Below are positions 9,435-20,000 of a DNA stretch of 20,000 nucleotides, in pieces (the stretch's first letter is position 1; every line of letters starts with the position of its first letter). The translations under genes and the position numbers were made by a program. The DNA lies in contig UYFQ01000596.1 in assembly GCA_900617105.1 (NCBI GenBank), positions 46,367 through 66,366 of the forward strand. Reading direction: 5' to 3'. The stretch comes from Hydrurus foetidus. Taxonomy: Eukaryota. The notes under the pieces were generated by a model. The model made no database searches. It had not been told where the DNA came from and saw nothing but the letters and a program-made list of their open reading frames with translations.

Positions 9435-10925
9435 ATGGAAAACATCGGTCATCATGAGACTAAAAAAATTATCCGTTCAAGTAGCGAGAAGGAGATGCTT
9501 GTGCAACCTTCTTCTGGTAACCGTTTTTCCGAAATGAAGTTGCTGGGCTCCGGTACGTTTGGTGAGGTATGGAAAGGTTTCGATGGTAAACTCAAATGTT
9601 GGGTGGCTATTAAGACATTTCAGGAGGTGTCCTCGGACAATTTAGGAATCAATATGATGGTTATCCGAGAGATTTCGCTCCTGAGGAAATTGAACCATCC
9701 CAATATAATGAGGATGTTAGATGTGCTCATCGGGGGAAAAGTTGACAGCAAAGGCCTCTTAATAGTGATGGTGAGGGGAAATGCCTTGGAATGATTGTAT
9801 GGAACTTTCTAATCTTAATGGCTAACGGCAGGAACTAGCAGAGATGGACCTTCACGACTATCAGCGCAAATTTGGAAAGTTTCTCTGCCTAACCAAAGTA
9901 GAATTCATAATCAGGCAAGTTCTGGAAGGATGCTCCTACCTGCACAGTAACCATGTTATGCACAGGGACTTGAAGCCAGACAACATCCTGATATGTAGTG
10001 CTACCGGCATGACAAGAGTCGCTGATTTCGGATACGCTCGCACCTTCTCGAACATCAACTCTGCCGCTGCATGCTCATCCCGGTACAGCTGGCCTATCCA
10101 GGTAACTTTCTCCTTGATATGAGAATCATCCTGATCACTGGTCGCCATCACTACCCTAAAATCATCCTTCAGGCTCCATCTTACAAGGCCCCTGAGGTCT
10201 TGCTGGGGTGCGATTGTTACACATCAGCGGTAGACGTATGGTCTATCGGGTTAGTCCGTGTTCCTGTCCACCGTCACATTTAGCTTCATCAATTCATCTA
10301 ATCTCTTCGGAACCATTGTCATCAGGTGTATGTTTTGTGAGTTGCTATCTGGGGGACGGAAGCTTTTTGGTGCTGCGGGAGTTGCTCCTTGGGTGGAGCC
10401 AGAAAGACGCAGCAATCGGAAAAGGGGGCGGCGTGAAGACTCTGTCGTGGTGATGAGTCAGCCAAATCAGATTTACAGACTCTCCAGTGGTGTGCAGATT
10501 GATTCCGTGTCGTCCAGTTGTGAAAGGAATGGAACGCTTGTCTCATCACTCACAGCGATATTCAAGGTGCGTTGGGGGCATATTTATTCATTCTGACTGT
10601 GCAGTTCATTGACACAAGACAGAAAACATTTTTGTGACAGATATTCGGCCCACTGAGTGACAGCCACGCGCCTGCTCTGCGTCACCTGTCCTTGTTTAGG
10701 AAGTTTGCTGCTGCAAAGAGTGATGTATGTAGTGGACAAGAGAAGGACGTTGTCCGTGTCGCTAGGGACATTTTTTATGATTTGGTTGAACCGCATATGC
10801 GCGATGCCGCTGCGATAAGGCTACTCCTTCAATTACTCTGTGTTGATCCGGTCAGGCGCGTCACCTGTTCCTCGGCATTAAACAATTGTTTTTTTAACTC
10901 TGCAACTTGGTCTGCGGCCGAGTGA
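9435..10925 (+). CDS. Divergent cyclin-dependent kinase-like Ser/Thr kinase; exons 9435-9770, 9832-10101, 10173-10249, 10326-10566, 10641-10925
   Basis: LGSGTFGEV, VAIK, GINMMVIREISLL, HRDLKPDN, ADFG, YKAPE, VDVWSIGC and DPVRRVT motifs join in frame across four GT-AG introns of 61-76 nt; CTAAC branch point in intron 1. Confidence 0.85.
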
Positions 10926-11260
10926 AGATGGTCAGTAAAAGCTTCGGTTTCGTTGTGTTAAGCAAAACATCTTTAGATTAGAAATTGTTGTTTAACATTG
11001 GGCATTTGAATGCTGTTGTGCTTTTTGTGAAGCAGTCTGTGGTAGCAGATTAAAAATGAACATGGAATTTCAGATGATTTCGGGCTGATGGTGTGCTATT
11101 GGGCGCAGCAAAAGATGTGAAGGCGCACTAGCTGTGCCGTGCCGATCGTCTAAATGGTACTTACTATTTGCAGGTGCCTTCGCGTAGCGAATATAATGTG
11201 CTTCACAGGAGAATTGGTAACATTTTCGTACAATTTTTTCACTTTAGCCGGATAAACGTG

Positions 11261-12004
11261 TCACTGGGATAATTTTGGCTTGGGTCTCCAGGCCAGTGCC
11301 CAGCCGTGACTCTTCGGTGGCGATGTCTGAGGTGTTGTGGGTGTCTTTAAGCTTAGTGAGCTGTCGATGACGCCGGTTGTGGAGTTCTTCGTGATGTACG
11401 AATGTGGCGGTAAACTTTTCCTCCCGAAGTCACTGTCTTCCCCATTTGTTGATTGTTCCACGTCGAAGCCATATTTTCCCGTCGTGTCGTTAAGATACTC
11501 TTCGTCCCCGCTCTCCTGAAAAGATACTCCTGAGTTGTCCCCGCTGGTAAACGATTTGTCTCCGAGACTGCTCGTGTACTCAGCTAGCCACTGTTTGCGT
11601 TCATGGTCGTGTGGTTGATACAGTTCGAAGATGGCCTCTTTCGCTGTTATTCCACGTGATGTCAGGTGCGCACGAAGTTCGTTAACTGCATCGTGCTTGA
11701 ACCGCACGTACTCCTCCGCTTTCCAAAACAAATCATTCATAAGTGGTTTCATTTCGGTACGTGACAGCACGAGACAAATGTGAACTGTCGTCGAGAATTT
11801 CAAGTTCAATTTCACTTTCTTTTCAGCTGGGTCCGAGTTACGGTTCGTAGATGAGAGAGCGGAACGCAGTCCCGGCGCTGGTGTCATTTTCGATGTTCTC
11901 GTTGGCGAGGAGTCGGGGGATGAGTCACCGTCATCTGCTGAAAGAAAGGAGTCCTCTGTGCTGTAGCTGTCTTCACTGGCGTCATCGAGATCGTAAGTTT
12001 TCAT
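11261..12004 (-). CDS. Hypothetical protein (247 aa), low-complexity ends with an ordered core LKFSTTVHICLV...LFWKAEEY
   Basis: Intact ORF, AAAATGA start context, protein-like composition; function not recognised. Confidence 0.65.
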   Translation of the reverse strand: MKTYDLDDASEDSYSTEDSFLSADDGDSSPDSSPTRTSKMTPAPGLRSALSSTNRNSDPAEKKVKLNLKFSTTVHICLVLSRTEMKPLMNDLFWKAEEYVRFKHDAVNELRAHLTSRGITAKEAIFELYQPHDHERKQWLAEYTSSLGDKSFTSGDNSGVSFQESGDEEYLNDTTGKYGFDVEQSTNGEDSDFGRKSLPPHSYITKNSTTGVIDSSLSLKTPTTPQTSPPKSHGWALAWRPKPKLSQ

Positions 12005-12388
12005 TTTGTGCGTAGAACGGTTGTGATCGACAGTTACAGGTGCGCAGCCTGTGATGATAGTGAATAGTGGAGACTTCTATGATGCCATCAGCGAATGGAT
12101 ACGTCCCAATTTCAAAATGCTGTGCGTGAAGGGAGTCTGCTTTTAGCACCACGTCATCGCTCCGGGAGAAGATCGCAGATTTCTGATGATTTTTAGACGT
12201 GCGTATGTGCGTATGCTGAAAACTTCAGAAACGTACCGTACGCTTTTACATACCTATTTTAATTTATTTTTTTTGAAAAAGCACAGATCGATCATAGATC
12301 GAGATCCGATGGATTGATCCCATAGCAAGTTCAGTAGAACAGTAGAACATGAAACTCAATCCAGAGCCGAGCAGCACGATGAAGGGTA

Positions 12389-12706
12389 TGTTGGAGTATC
12401 CGGAGAAAATACACTGCTGTAGTTGTATAGTATATGTATGGATCCTGACGGTCAGCGGTATGCGTCCTGGGGATGTGGACCGTGGACCGTTAGTTGTTTG
12501 GGCTCGTGGAGCCGTCCATTCATCTATCTTCAACATGGATAGAACATGTGCAATTGCCTTGATATGTAAAGCTTCGTTGCCGTCTTGATTGATGCCGGTG
12601 CACAAGTTTAATTATCAAGTAATTACACAATACAAGTCTATTTTACGAGCCTTGGGTCACCGGTCACAAGAGTCACTAAGCATCCGGAAGTCGAGGATTC
12701 CCAACA
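12389..12706 (+). repeat. E2 5' LTR (318 bp; TGTTGG...CCAACA)
   Basis: Terminal inverted repeats TGTTGGAGTATCC / GGATTCCCAACA; ends 26 nt before the gag ATG, as in E1. The second copy is not in the window. Confidence 0.8.
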
Positions 12707-12716
12707 TAATTAAACT
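12707..12716 (+). other. E2 primer-binding-site position: TAATTAAACT, complementary to its own LTR
   Basis: Exact reverse complement of AGTTTAATTA at 12605-12614; no TGG start. Confidence 0.78.
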
Positions 12717-12732
12717 AGATCAGCGCATCGAG

Positions 12733-14991
12733 ATGCCGCCGAAGAAACAAGAAGAACCAAAATCAGGTGCAGAGCAGTGCATGCTGAGAATCGGACGTTA
12801 CAACAACGTGGTGCAATGGAGGGAAGACATGCAGAACGAGGCATGCGGCCTGTACGGGATGACCGGCACGTTCTTCACCACCAACAAAAGCTACGTCCAC
12901 CCGTATCCTCGCGAGGAGGATTACAATCCCACCTTTCAAACAGTGGAAGTCGATATTCCGACGGCGGGTACCGAAAATGAAGACGAGGAAGACGAGTCCG
13001 TAGACCTCGAAAATGTCATGATCGGGCCACAGCTCCCACCAGCGCCTCCTGCCGTGTACTCCGAGGCACTCATCGACAAGCTGCGAGCCAATGCGTTCGA
13101 AGGACGCCGCAAGGCAGTCGAAACGCAAAAAGTCGATGAGCAAAAGCTCTTTCCACTGATGTGGTCGAGAATGTCGACCGGGTCCAAATCCAAGGTGCGC
13201 GAGGAGCCAGGCTTCGAAGCGGCTCGCCTCAGACTGGACAGTGTAAAACTGTGGGAGTACATTCGAAGAAGTCACCTAACTCACATTTACGGTGAAGACG
13301 ATTCGATGCGAGCGATGAATGTGCACGAGCAGACCATTAGGTACAACTACCTCAGACAGGGTGAGCGTGAGGTAATCGGCGATTTTAAGACACGCTTCGA
13401 TAACCAGGTATTGGCCAACAGAGGTGTTGGTATGACCGAAGTTGAAGAACCGATTAGGGCAATCGACTTCCTCAGTAAGTTAGATCCGAAAAGGTATACC
13501 ATGTTGACTCTAATGCGTAACAACGCCGTACAAAACCTGCCGAATAGTTTCCCTTCTACCTTAGCCGGAGCCTACAGGGTAGCGTCAGCTCGGAGGGTAG
13601 CGTCCTGGACCAGCTCGGGCGGAGGAGTCCCCCTCGGCGCCGAGCAACATTCCGCATTCCTGACGGATTCTTTGATAGGTACAAAGGAAAAAGTCGCGGG
13701 AAAAGGATCGAAGGGGAAGACAGCTGGAACGAAAAAGAAGTCATCGTCAGTGATATGCTTCGTATGCGGAAAGACAGGACATTTCGCAAGAGACTGTGAA
13801 CAGCGCAAAGATGGAGAGCATGCGCTGCTCACTAATGTTGAAGAGGATGTCGAAGAAGATGACGAGAGCATCGAGGCAGATTTTGTCACGACAGAAGAAG
13901 TCGCACTGTTCACACAAAGTCATGTGCTGCTGGACAATCAGGCCTCGGTGAACATCTTTTGTAACCCGGCGCTGCTCACAGACATTAGAAGATCGCAGCA
14001 TGCAATCCTCCTCAATGGAGTCCAGTCAGGTGCGAAGGGTGTCCGAGTCAATCAGGAAGGAAACTTCGGCGACATCGGACCAGTCTACTTCAGTCGCGGA
14101 GCGACCGCCAATATACTATCATTCGCGGCGATGGCAGACAGCGGAGCAGACATAAGCTACAACCATGAGAGTGGGTGCTTCACCCTACGACCAGCCGGCA
14201 GCAGGACAACGTACAGCTTCAGTAGACAGACCCTTCCCGGATCGACAGGGAGATTCTACGTATGGGACGCGAGCAGCGTGGCGAGCGTTTGACCTCCGGA
14301 AGAGGTGCTTGTGACGACTGTCCAAGACAACATGGCACGCTTCACGAAGCGCGAGATTGCATCGGTAGCAGCAGCCAGAGAGCTGCTAGCTCGAATGGGT
14401 TACCCTCCAGTCGAGATGGCAATTGCAATGATCAGGGGAGGGAACAACTTCAGTGTCTCCGAGGGAGATTTCAGAAACGCGCATACGATCTGGGGTAAAT
14501 GTCTCGCCAGCCTCAGAGGCAAGACCCACAAGAAATCGTCACCAGTGGCTGACATTTCACTGACACCTGCACCAGCGCAGCAGCAGCAAGTGTTGAGTGT
14601 AGACATAATGTATCTGGAGACAACAGCGATACTTATCGCCGTTTCTACCCCGTTGGATATGACCCTCGCTGTGAGCCTTATCCGACTCGACACTGAGAAG
14701 ACCTCGCGAGCTGCTGCAATAGTGAAACCTGAATTGAACGAAATGATATCTGTTCTCAAATCCAGGAACTTCTTGGTGCAAGTGATCATGTCTGACGGAG
14801 AAGGTGCTATCGGGAAAATGAGGGTTGATTTGCTGGCACTGGGGATAGAGGTAGATGTCAGCGCAGCTGGCGGACACGTAGCCAGAATCGAACGACGAAT
14901 TCAGATGATGAAGGAGCGAGCACGTGCTCACCTCAACGGTAGAATCCCATTCACTCCAACAGAACTCTGCCTAACATATCTAGCTCTATAC
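12733..14991 (+). pseudogene. E2 Gag-PR-IN (partial), with an in-frame TGA at 14290-14292 and truncation by E3
   Basis: MPPKKQEE start; CFVCGKTGHFARDC; protease LLDNQAS; integrase SVDIMY/MSDGE/IERRIQ. ORFs 12589 and 14305 share a frame. Confidence 0.85.
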
Positions 14992-15270
14992 TGTTGGAAA
15001 TCTGGGCGATTTACACGGAATTTCTTCCGAGTTCCCAAACGATCCCTGCACTTCCGACTGCTAGCAACGCTTGCTCAAAAGAGAAGAAGACGTTCTATTC
15101 GGTAAGTTGGATTAAACGACAGTGACATGCTGTCGATTACATCTAGCTAGCATAACATGAGTGCGAGGGTTGCGGTCAATGCTATCGCTGAATGTACGTA
15201 CACCCGTGCATGAAAACAATCATACATCACGCAGGGTACCGGATCCTAGTCTAATCCGGATATCACAACA
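14992..15270 (-). repeat. E3 3' LTR (279 bp; sense TGTTGTG...TTTCCAACA)
   Basis: TGTTG/CAACA termini; preceded by PPT ATGGGGGTG; E2 integrase similarity ends exactly at its left boundary. Confidence 0.8.
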
Positions 15271-15279
15271 CACCCCCAT
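15271..15279 (-). other. E3 polypurine tract (ATGGGGGTG)
   Basis: Abuts the LTR start; same GGGGTG ending as the E1 PPT. Confidence 0.75.
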
Positions 15280-15780
15280 GATGGTTATTGTTTGAATAAG
15301 TGAATATGTTAATTAGCATATGCTTATATAGTATACTTATTGGTTATTGTTCATAATGTTTCACACAACACTCAGATAGGGAACTTAGTGTTAGGGTATG
15401 GTAAACAGTAAATTTTCTTAAAAATATTTTTCACGGAATTTTTAATATTGACAAGTTGCGTCGTGATATGGTGTAAAATAAAACATGGGTGGTTGGATTA
15501 GTAAATGGGTATTACTCGAGAAAAACTATTTCTAAACCGTCAAAAAAGCCTCAGCTGGTGACCGGTCTCGAGTTCGATCCAACCGATGTTGGTGCCCTTA
15601 AATCCGCTAAAACGTCGACATTCGATGTCGCAAAAGCGGTGCATCGATGTCCCTCGCGGTCCTATCAAACAAATGTTGATTTAAAGCGAAATCAGATTTT
15701 TATTTTTATTTTGTAATTTATCTGGAAAAAGCGCTATAAGTGGGTAAGTCAAAATCAATAAATAACTCCCCTGAATTTCT

Positions 15781-18700
15781 TTATACATTGAGCACTTGGT
15801 CGCGTAGCTCTTGGAATAGCTTCCCCTGCAGTGGCTTGGTCAGCAAATCTGCAATCATTTCTTTAGTACTCTTGTAGGTTACAATAATATGGTCTGATTT
15901 AATTCGGTCATGCAGGAAGAAAAACTTGATGTCTATGTGTCTAGTTCTTTCACTGTTGGACCTACCGTTCTTAACTAACTGAATTGTGGATAGGTTATCT
16001 TGGTAAATTAAAGCTGGACCTACCTCATACTCTTGATGGATAAGGAAATTCCTAGTCCATAAAACCTGATTACCTGCTTCAGTCATAGCTACTAGTTCTG
16101 CCTCTGTGCTAGACGTAGTATTTAATTTCTGTGTGGAACTCTTACCATATATTGCTCCCTTACCTAGTGTTATAATACAGCCAGTGTGACTCTTCTTATC
16201 TGCATGTACAGCGTATGATGCATCTATATAGGCTATAACCTTAACCGGAGTATCTACCTCTAGGGTCAGCGGCATAGCTCTGGTCTCTCTGATATACCGT
16301 ATAGTATGCGCTAACTTATTCCAGTCGTCGGTTCTAGGTTCTAAGACTCTTTTAGTTAGATATGCTATACATGTCAGTATGTCTGGTCTGGTTCTCTTAC
16401 TTAAATATAACAACTTAGCTGTTAGTGAGTGGAATCTCTCACGTTCTTTATCTTTCAATAAAGGACTGTTAAGATCGATCTTGAATAGATTATCGTCGGC
16501 AGGTGTTCTAGACACCCCCACAATCTCTATGCAATCGTCTAACAAGTCTTTTATGAAACCTTCCATGGATATGACAACTCTGCCTAACTGCTCAAAGTTA
16601 AAAGTCATACCTATATAATTCAACACTCTGCCTCTACTCTTAGTCAAGCCTGGGTATAGTTTTTCTATCTCTGAAATTATACTATCTATACGCTTCTCAT
16701 CCCTACTGCTGATCATCATATCGTCAACATGGATAACTAAAGTAGTCTGAGTGGAATCTAGCTCAGTCCTATTGAATACACATATGTCTGATGGATTTAC
16801 CTTATAGCCTAACTGTGTTAAGTCTGATGATATTTTATCGTACCATAACTTAGCTGACTCTACACATCCATATAATGCTTTCTTAAGCTTAACTACTACT
16901 GTTCCTTTCTCATTTACATACTTCTGATAAGACTTGTCAATGCTAACTAATATGTTAGTCAAATATTTATTCAGTCTCATCAGCACTGCATGGTCACCGT
17001 CTAGTGGCATATCACTGTTGAGGAATGCACCAGGAAAATCGATCGTAGCGACCGCTCGATTTTCACTAGCAGCAATTGCAGCAACAATAAATACGCTAGT
17101 GGTGCTAACAGTTGGTGATGAACCGTTATCATATATATTTCTATCTTGTAAGTGACCTCCTGCTACAAGTCTAGATTTTAGCTTATCAAATTTACCATCT
17201 GCTGTATACTTATCTTTTAAAAACATACTGCTGGTTATGATACTTTTCCTCTGATTGTAACTAAGACTGTTGAGGTGAACTGCCTCCCACACATTCTTAT
17301 CACACATCTGTTGTAACTCTTTTTAATGGAATCTACGGCTATCTCGCCTAATTTCTGTACTCCTTCTGTTACGGTCATGTTCATCATGTACTTACACATA
17401 ACTGAATCTTTGTAGCTAGGTATACTTAAACCTACTAATCTCTTATTCCATCTACCTGGCTGATGGTTTCTAGCACTACGTCTGGGTTGTTTATCTAGAA
17501 TTTCCTCTGACTTGCTATTTTCTGTGGTGGGGGTATCTACCTCATCATCACTGTCTACACCAAATATATCATTCATTAATGCATCGGGGTCAGTTGGTGT
17601 ATCGTCATACACTACATCCTCTCCTTCATTAACGTATATATCATTTGGTATGTATTCTGTTAATTGTTCGAACTCTGATTCGTAAGCTACATCAGAATTG
17701 CCATCGTATGAGTCAAAATTATTTGCTATCTCATGATGCACAAATTCGTCTTCTGTAGGGTAACTATACGGTGTTATCATGTCAGGTGTCTGCAACTCAA
17801 ATTCATCGTTGGAGTAATCATTTCCATCGTCTTCGAGGATTTGATTACTCTGTTCGAAAATAGGTTGCTTGACATTCACTGACATATTTAATTTCCTCTC
17901 AGATGCTAACTTATCGAGGTAACTGATCACATCATCTGTCATAGGTAGGCTAGTAGCCTTTGTCCTCTTACTACTTTTAAGTTAGCTAACAGCAGATAAT
18001 ACCATGAACCTTCTAGGTTGCCTGCACTAACTAATGCTATTGCTGCCTGTGATCTGGGTTTAGTCGAGTTGTCCACGGAATCGGTATGTACTTGTACGTA
18101 ATCACCGAAACCGTGTTTCAACTCCTTATCTACGTTAATCTTTCTACCGTATAATTTCTCTCTGGGGCTGACGTAAGCTACACTGTTTCTAGTTGGTACT
18201 AAATTTAATCTGTTCACAACATATCTAAGTAACCAACTTTCTAGTAGCTCACTCAGTGAAAAAGGTACCGTGTTGATGATGGCACGAACACGTTCCTTGA
18301 TCACTCTGATCTTCCTCTCAACTACAGCTACTGCTTCTCCTGCTCCAGTACTGTCTAATATAATACCTAGTGCGGCTAGCTTACTCTCAAAACTTATAGT
18401 GTTAACTGCCGACTCTCCGTCTATTCTTATCATAGTTATCTTAAATCCATACTTAGTAATGTGATGTATGTTGCTCTCTAAGTTCATCCATAAGGAAGAC
18501 TTGTTTTTACGTGAGAGTTTACATATCATCACATATTCTAAGGGATTTGTAACAGTGACTAGATAGGGTATCGAGTTCACAAACATCAAATCTATGTACA
18601 TAACCTGGTTCAGGAACTGCCTATCTACAACTGGCATCTCTTCCTCTAACTCAGTTTTGTGACTAGTTGTTTTCCCCTTAAGGGAACCCAAATCTGGTCC

Positions 18701-20000
18701 AAAAATATCTAATGCTCTAACTACATCTTGTGCTGTTATGTCACTCTTATCTAATTTCCCTGACCTATTAATTTAATTAACTGTCCTGGGCTGGCGTAAC
18801 CTAACTTTCTCTGATACTCTCTAGCTAACTCTGCTGACTTAACTTGTCTAGCTGTATACAGTTTCTTCTTATCCTTAACTGTCATGACCATGATCGATTT
18901 ATCGAACGATACATTCTTGTAACTGACATTTCTGTCTAAGTCGCATAGATATATGTTCGTAGACTGATCATGGACAAATCTATATACAGGTCCTAACTTA
19001 ATCATCCTAACTTTGTAACAATCCTGGTCACTGTCATAGCTAACTGACTCGCTCGAGCTGACTATGTTACCGAAGGATAATATATTTGCTATACAATTGC
19101 TATCGTAGTAAACTGTTCCGAAGTCCGTCTCGCCACACTCCGTGATTATCAAGGGTTCCCCCTGAGGGTTCACTCCATTAATAATCATCGGGGTAGCGGA
19201 CGGCATAATACTATAAAATAAATCTCCACTACAAAATACTGACTCTGCTGCACATGTATCTAACAACACTTGTCTCTCTGTGAATGTGGAACTGTGTGTA
19301 TATACATTCGCACTAAAAATCACAGGGTCACCCCCACAATTTTTACTGTTCAGTGGACAAAAATTCTCCAATCTGCATGCTTTATCTAACAATGGCACAA
19401 ACGCAGGGTAACCGGTCGACGTTGCAAATACGTCATGCAGTCCGGTTTCCCCACACGGAACATTTACATCCTTAGCTAGTGAATCAGGTAAAGAAACATA
19501 TAAGGGACTTACTTTTCCGAGGAAGGGTGACGCGCAGGTGCGTTCTTCCTCGGGGGCTTCTTACACTCGTACCCATAGTGGCCCTCCTCCCCGCAGTTGT
19601 TACAGGCTCCGTAACGGGTACCGTACTCCTGTACGGCACCTCCTCTCTCTCTCTGCGGGGTGGCCTCCCTATCCCTATAGGGAGTGCCTGCCCTCGCTGT
19701 ACTCTCGCTGCCGGGGGTATCGTACCCTCCCTTCTCAGCTCCCTGACTACCTCCGCGGCCTCTGCCGCCTCTCCCACCGGAACCCGCTCTCCCACCCCGA
19801 CTGGCCGCGAAAACGTTTCGCTTCTCCGAGTTCGGGGGAGCTCCTCCGTGGACGGGCCTTCCCATAAGGAAGTTGGCCGCGTCCTGGTTGGCATCGGCCA
19901 TGGTCTGCGGCCATGACCGAACCTTATTTTTAAACGTATTTATATATTCTGAATAGTTTGAATTCAGTCCAGTTATAAATAATACAGAATAGAACTCATC
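15781..20000 (-). CDS. E3 Gag-Pol, 5' partial, in five frame segments
   Basis: The gag frame is open to 20000; RGG tract and CNNCGEEGHYGYEC; protease LLDTCAA; integrase YIDLMF/RIDGE/VERKIR; RT KALYG and HVDD; RNase H YIDASY/QDNLS/ADLLTKPL. Breaks near 19513-19516, 18755-18757, 17968-17969 and 17320-17324. Confidence 0.9.

Larger units (their letters stand above)
12389..14991 (+). mobile_element. E2: 5' part of a Ty1/copia LTR retrotransposon, interrupted by E3
   Basis: LTR followed by gag, CCHC knuckle, protease and an integrase that stops at the E3 LTR. Predicted TSD GGGTA (12384-12388); the rest lies outside the window. Confidence 0.9.
14992..20000 (-). mobile_element. E3: Ty1/copia LTR retrotransposon nested in the E2 integrase; 5' end outside the window
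   Basis: gag/pol fragments on the - strand, PPT and 3' LTR; predicted TSD TATAC (14987-14991). Confidence 0.9.

Noticed and set aside
13576..13620. Local duplication AGGGTAGCGTC/AGCTCGG giving RVASARRVASW
   Set aside because: Small in-frame repair or slippage duplication in a decaying copy; no sign of function.
15234..15238. GGGTA as the right TSD of E2
   Set aside because: It lies inside the E3 LTR and no E2 LTR copy precedes it.
19479..19916. Several overlapping 109-145 aa ORFs
   Set aside because: Expected from stop-codon depletion in GC-rich sequence; only the gag frame has motifs.

Overview
Eukaryotic, intron-containing, compact genomic DNA; a stramenopile/ochrophyte-like host is an inference only. 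It holds four host genes: a partial ORF at 1-559 (-), a JmjC hydroxylase-like gene, a five-exon divergent CDK-like kinase and a 247-aa hypothetical gene. Three unrelated Ty1/copia LTR retrotransposons interrupt the region. E1 (1424-7303, -) is complete and young, with 391-bp LTRs differing at 2 positions, a GTTCC target-site duplication and non-canonical TG...GA ends. E2 starts at 12389 (+) and is cut inside its integrase at 14991 by E3 (14992 to >20000, -). Main observation: neither E1 nor E2 has a tRNA-type primer-binding site. In both, the 10-11 nt directly after the 5' LTR are the exact reverse complement of a sequence inside their own LTR, and the two families differ by compensatory changes. 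This geometry matches Tf1-type self-primed reverse transcription, here in Ty1/copia elements whose integrases also lack the HHCC zinc finger.
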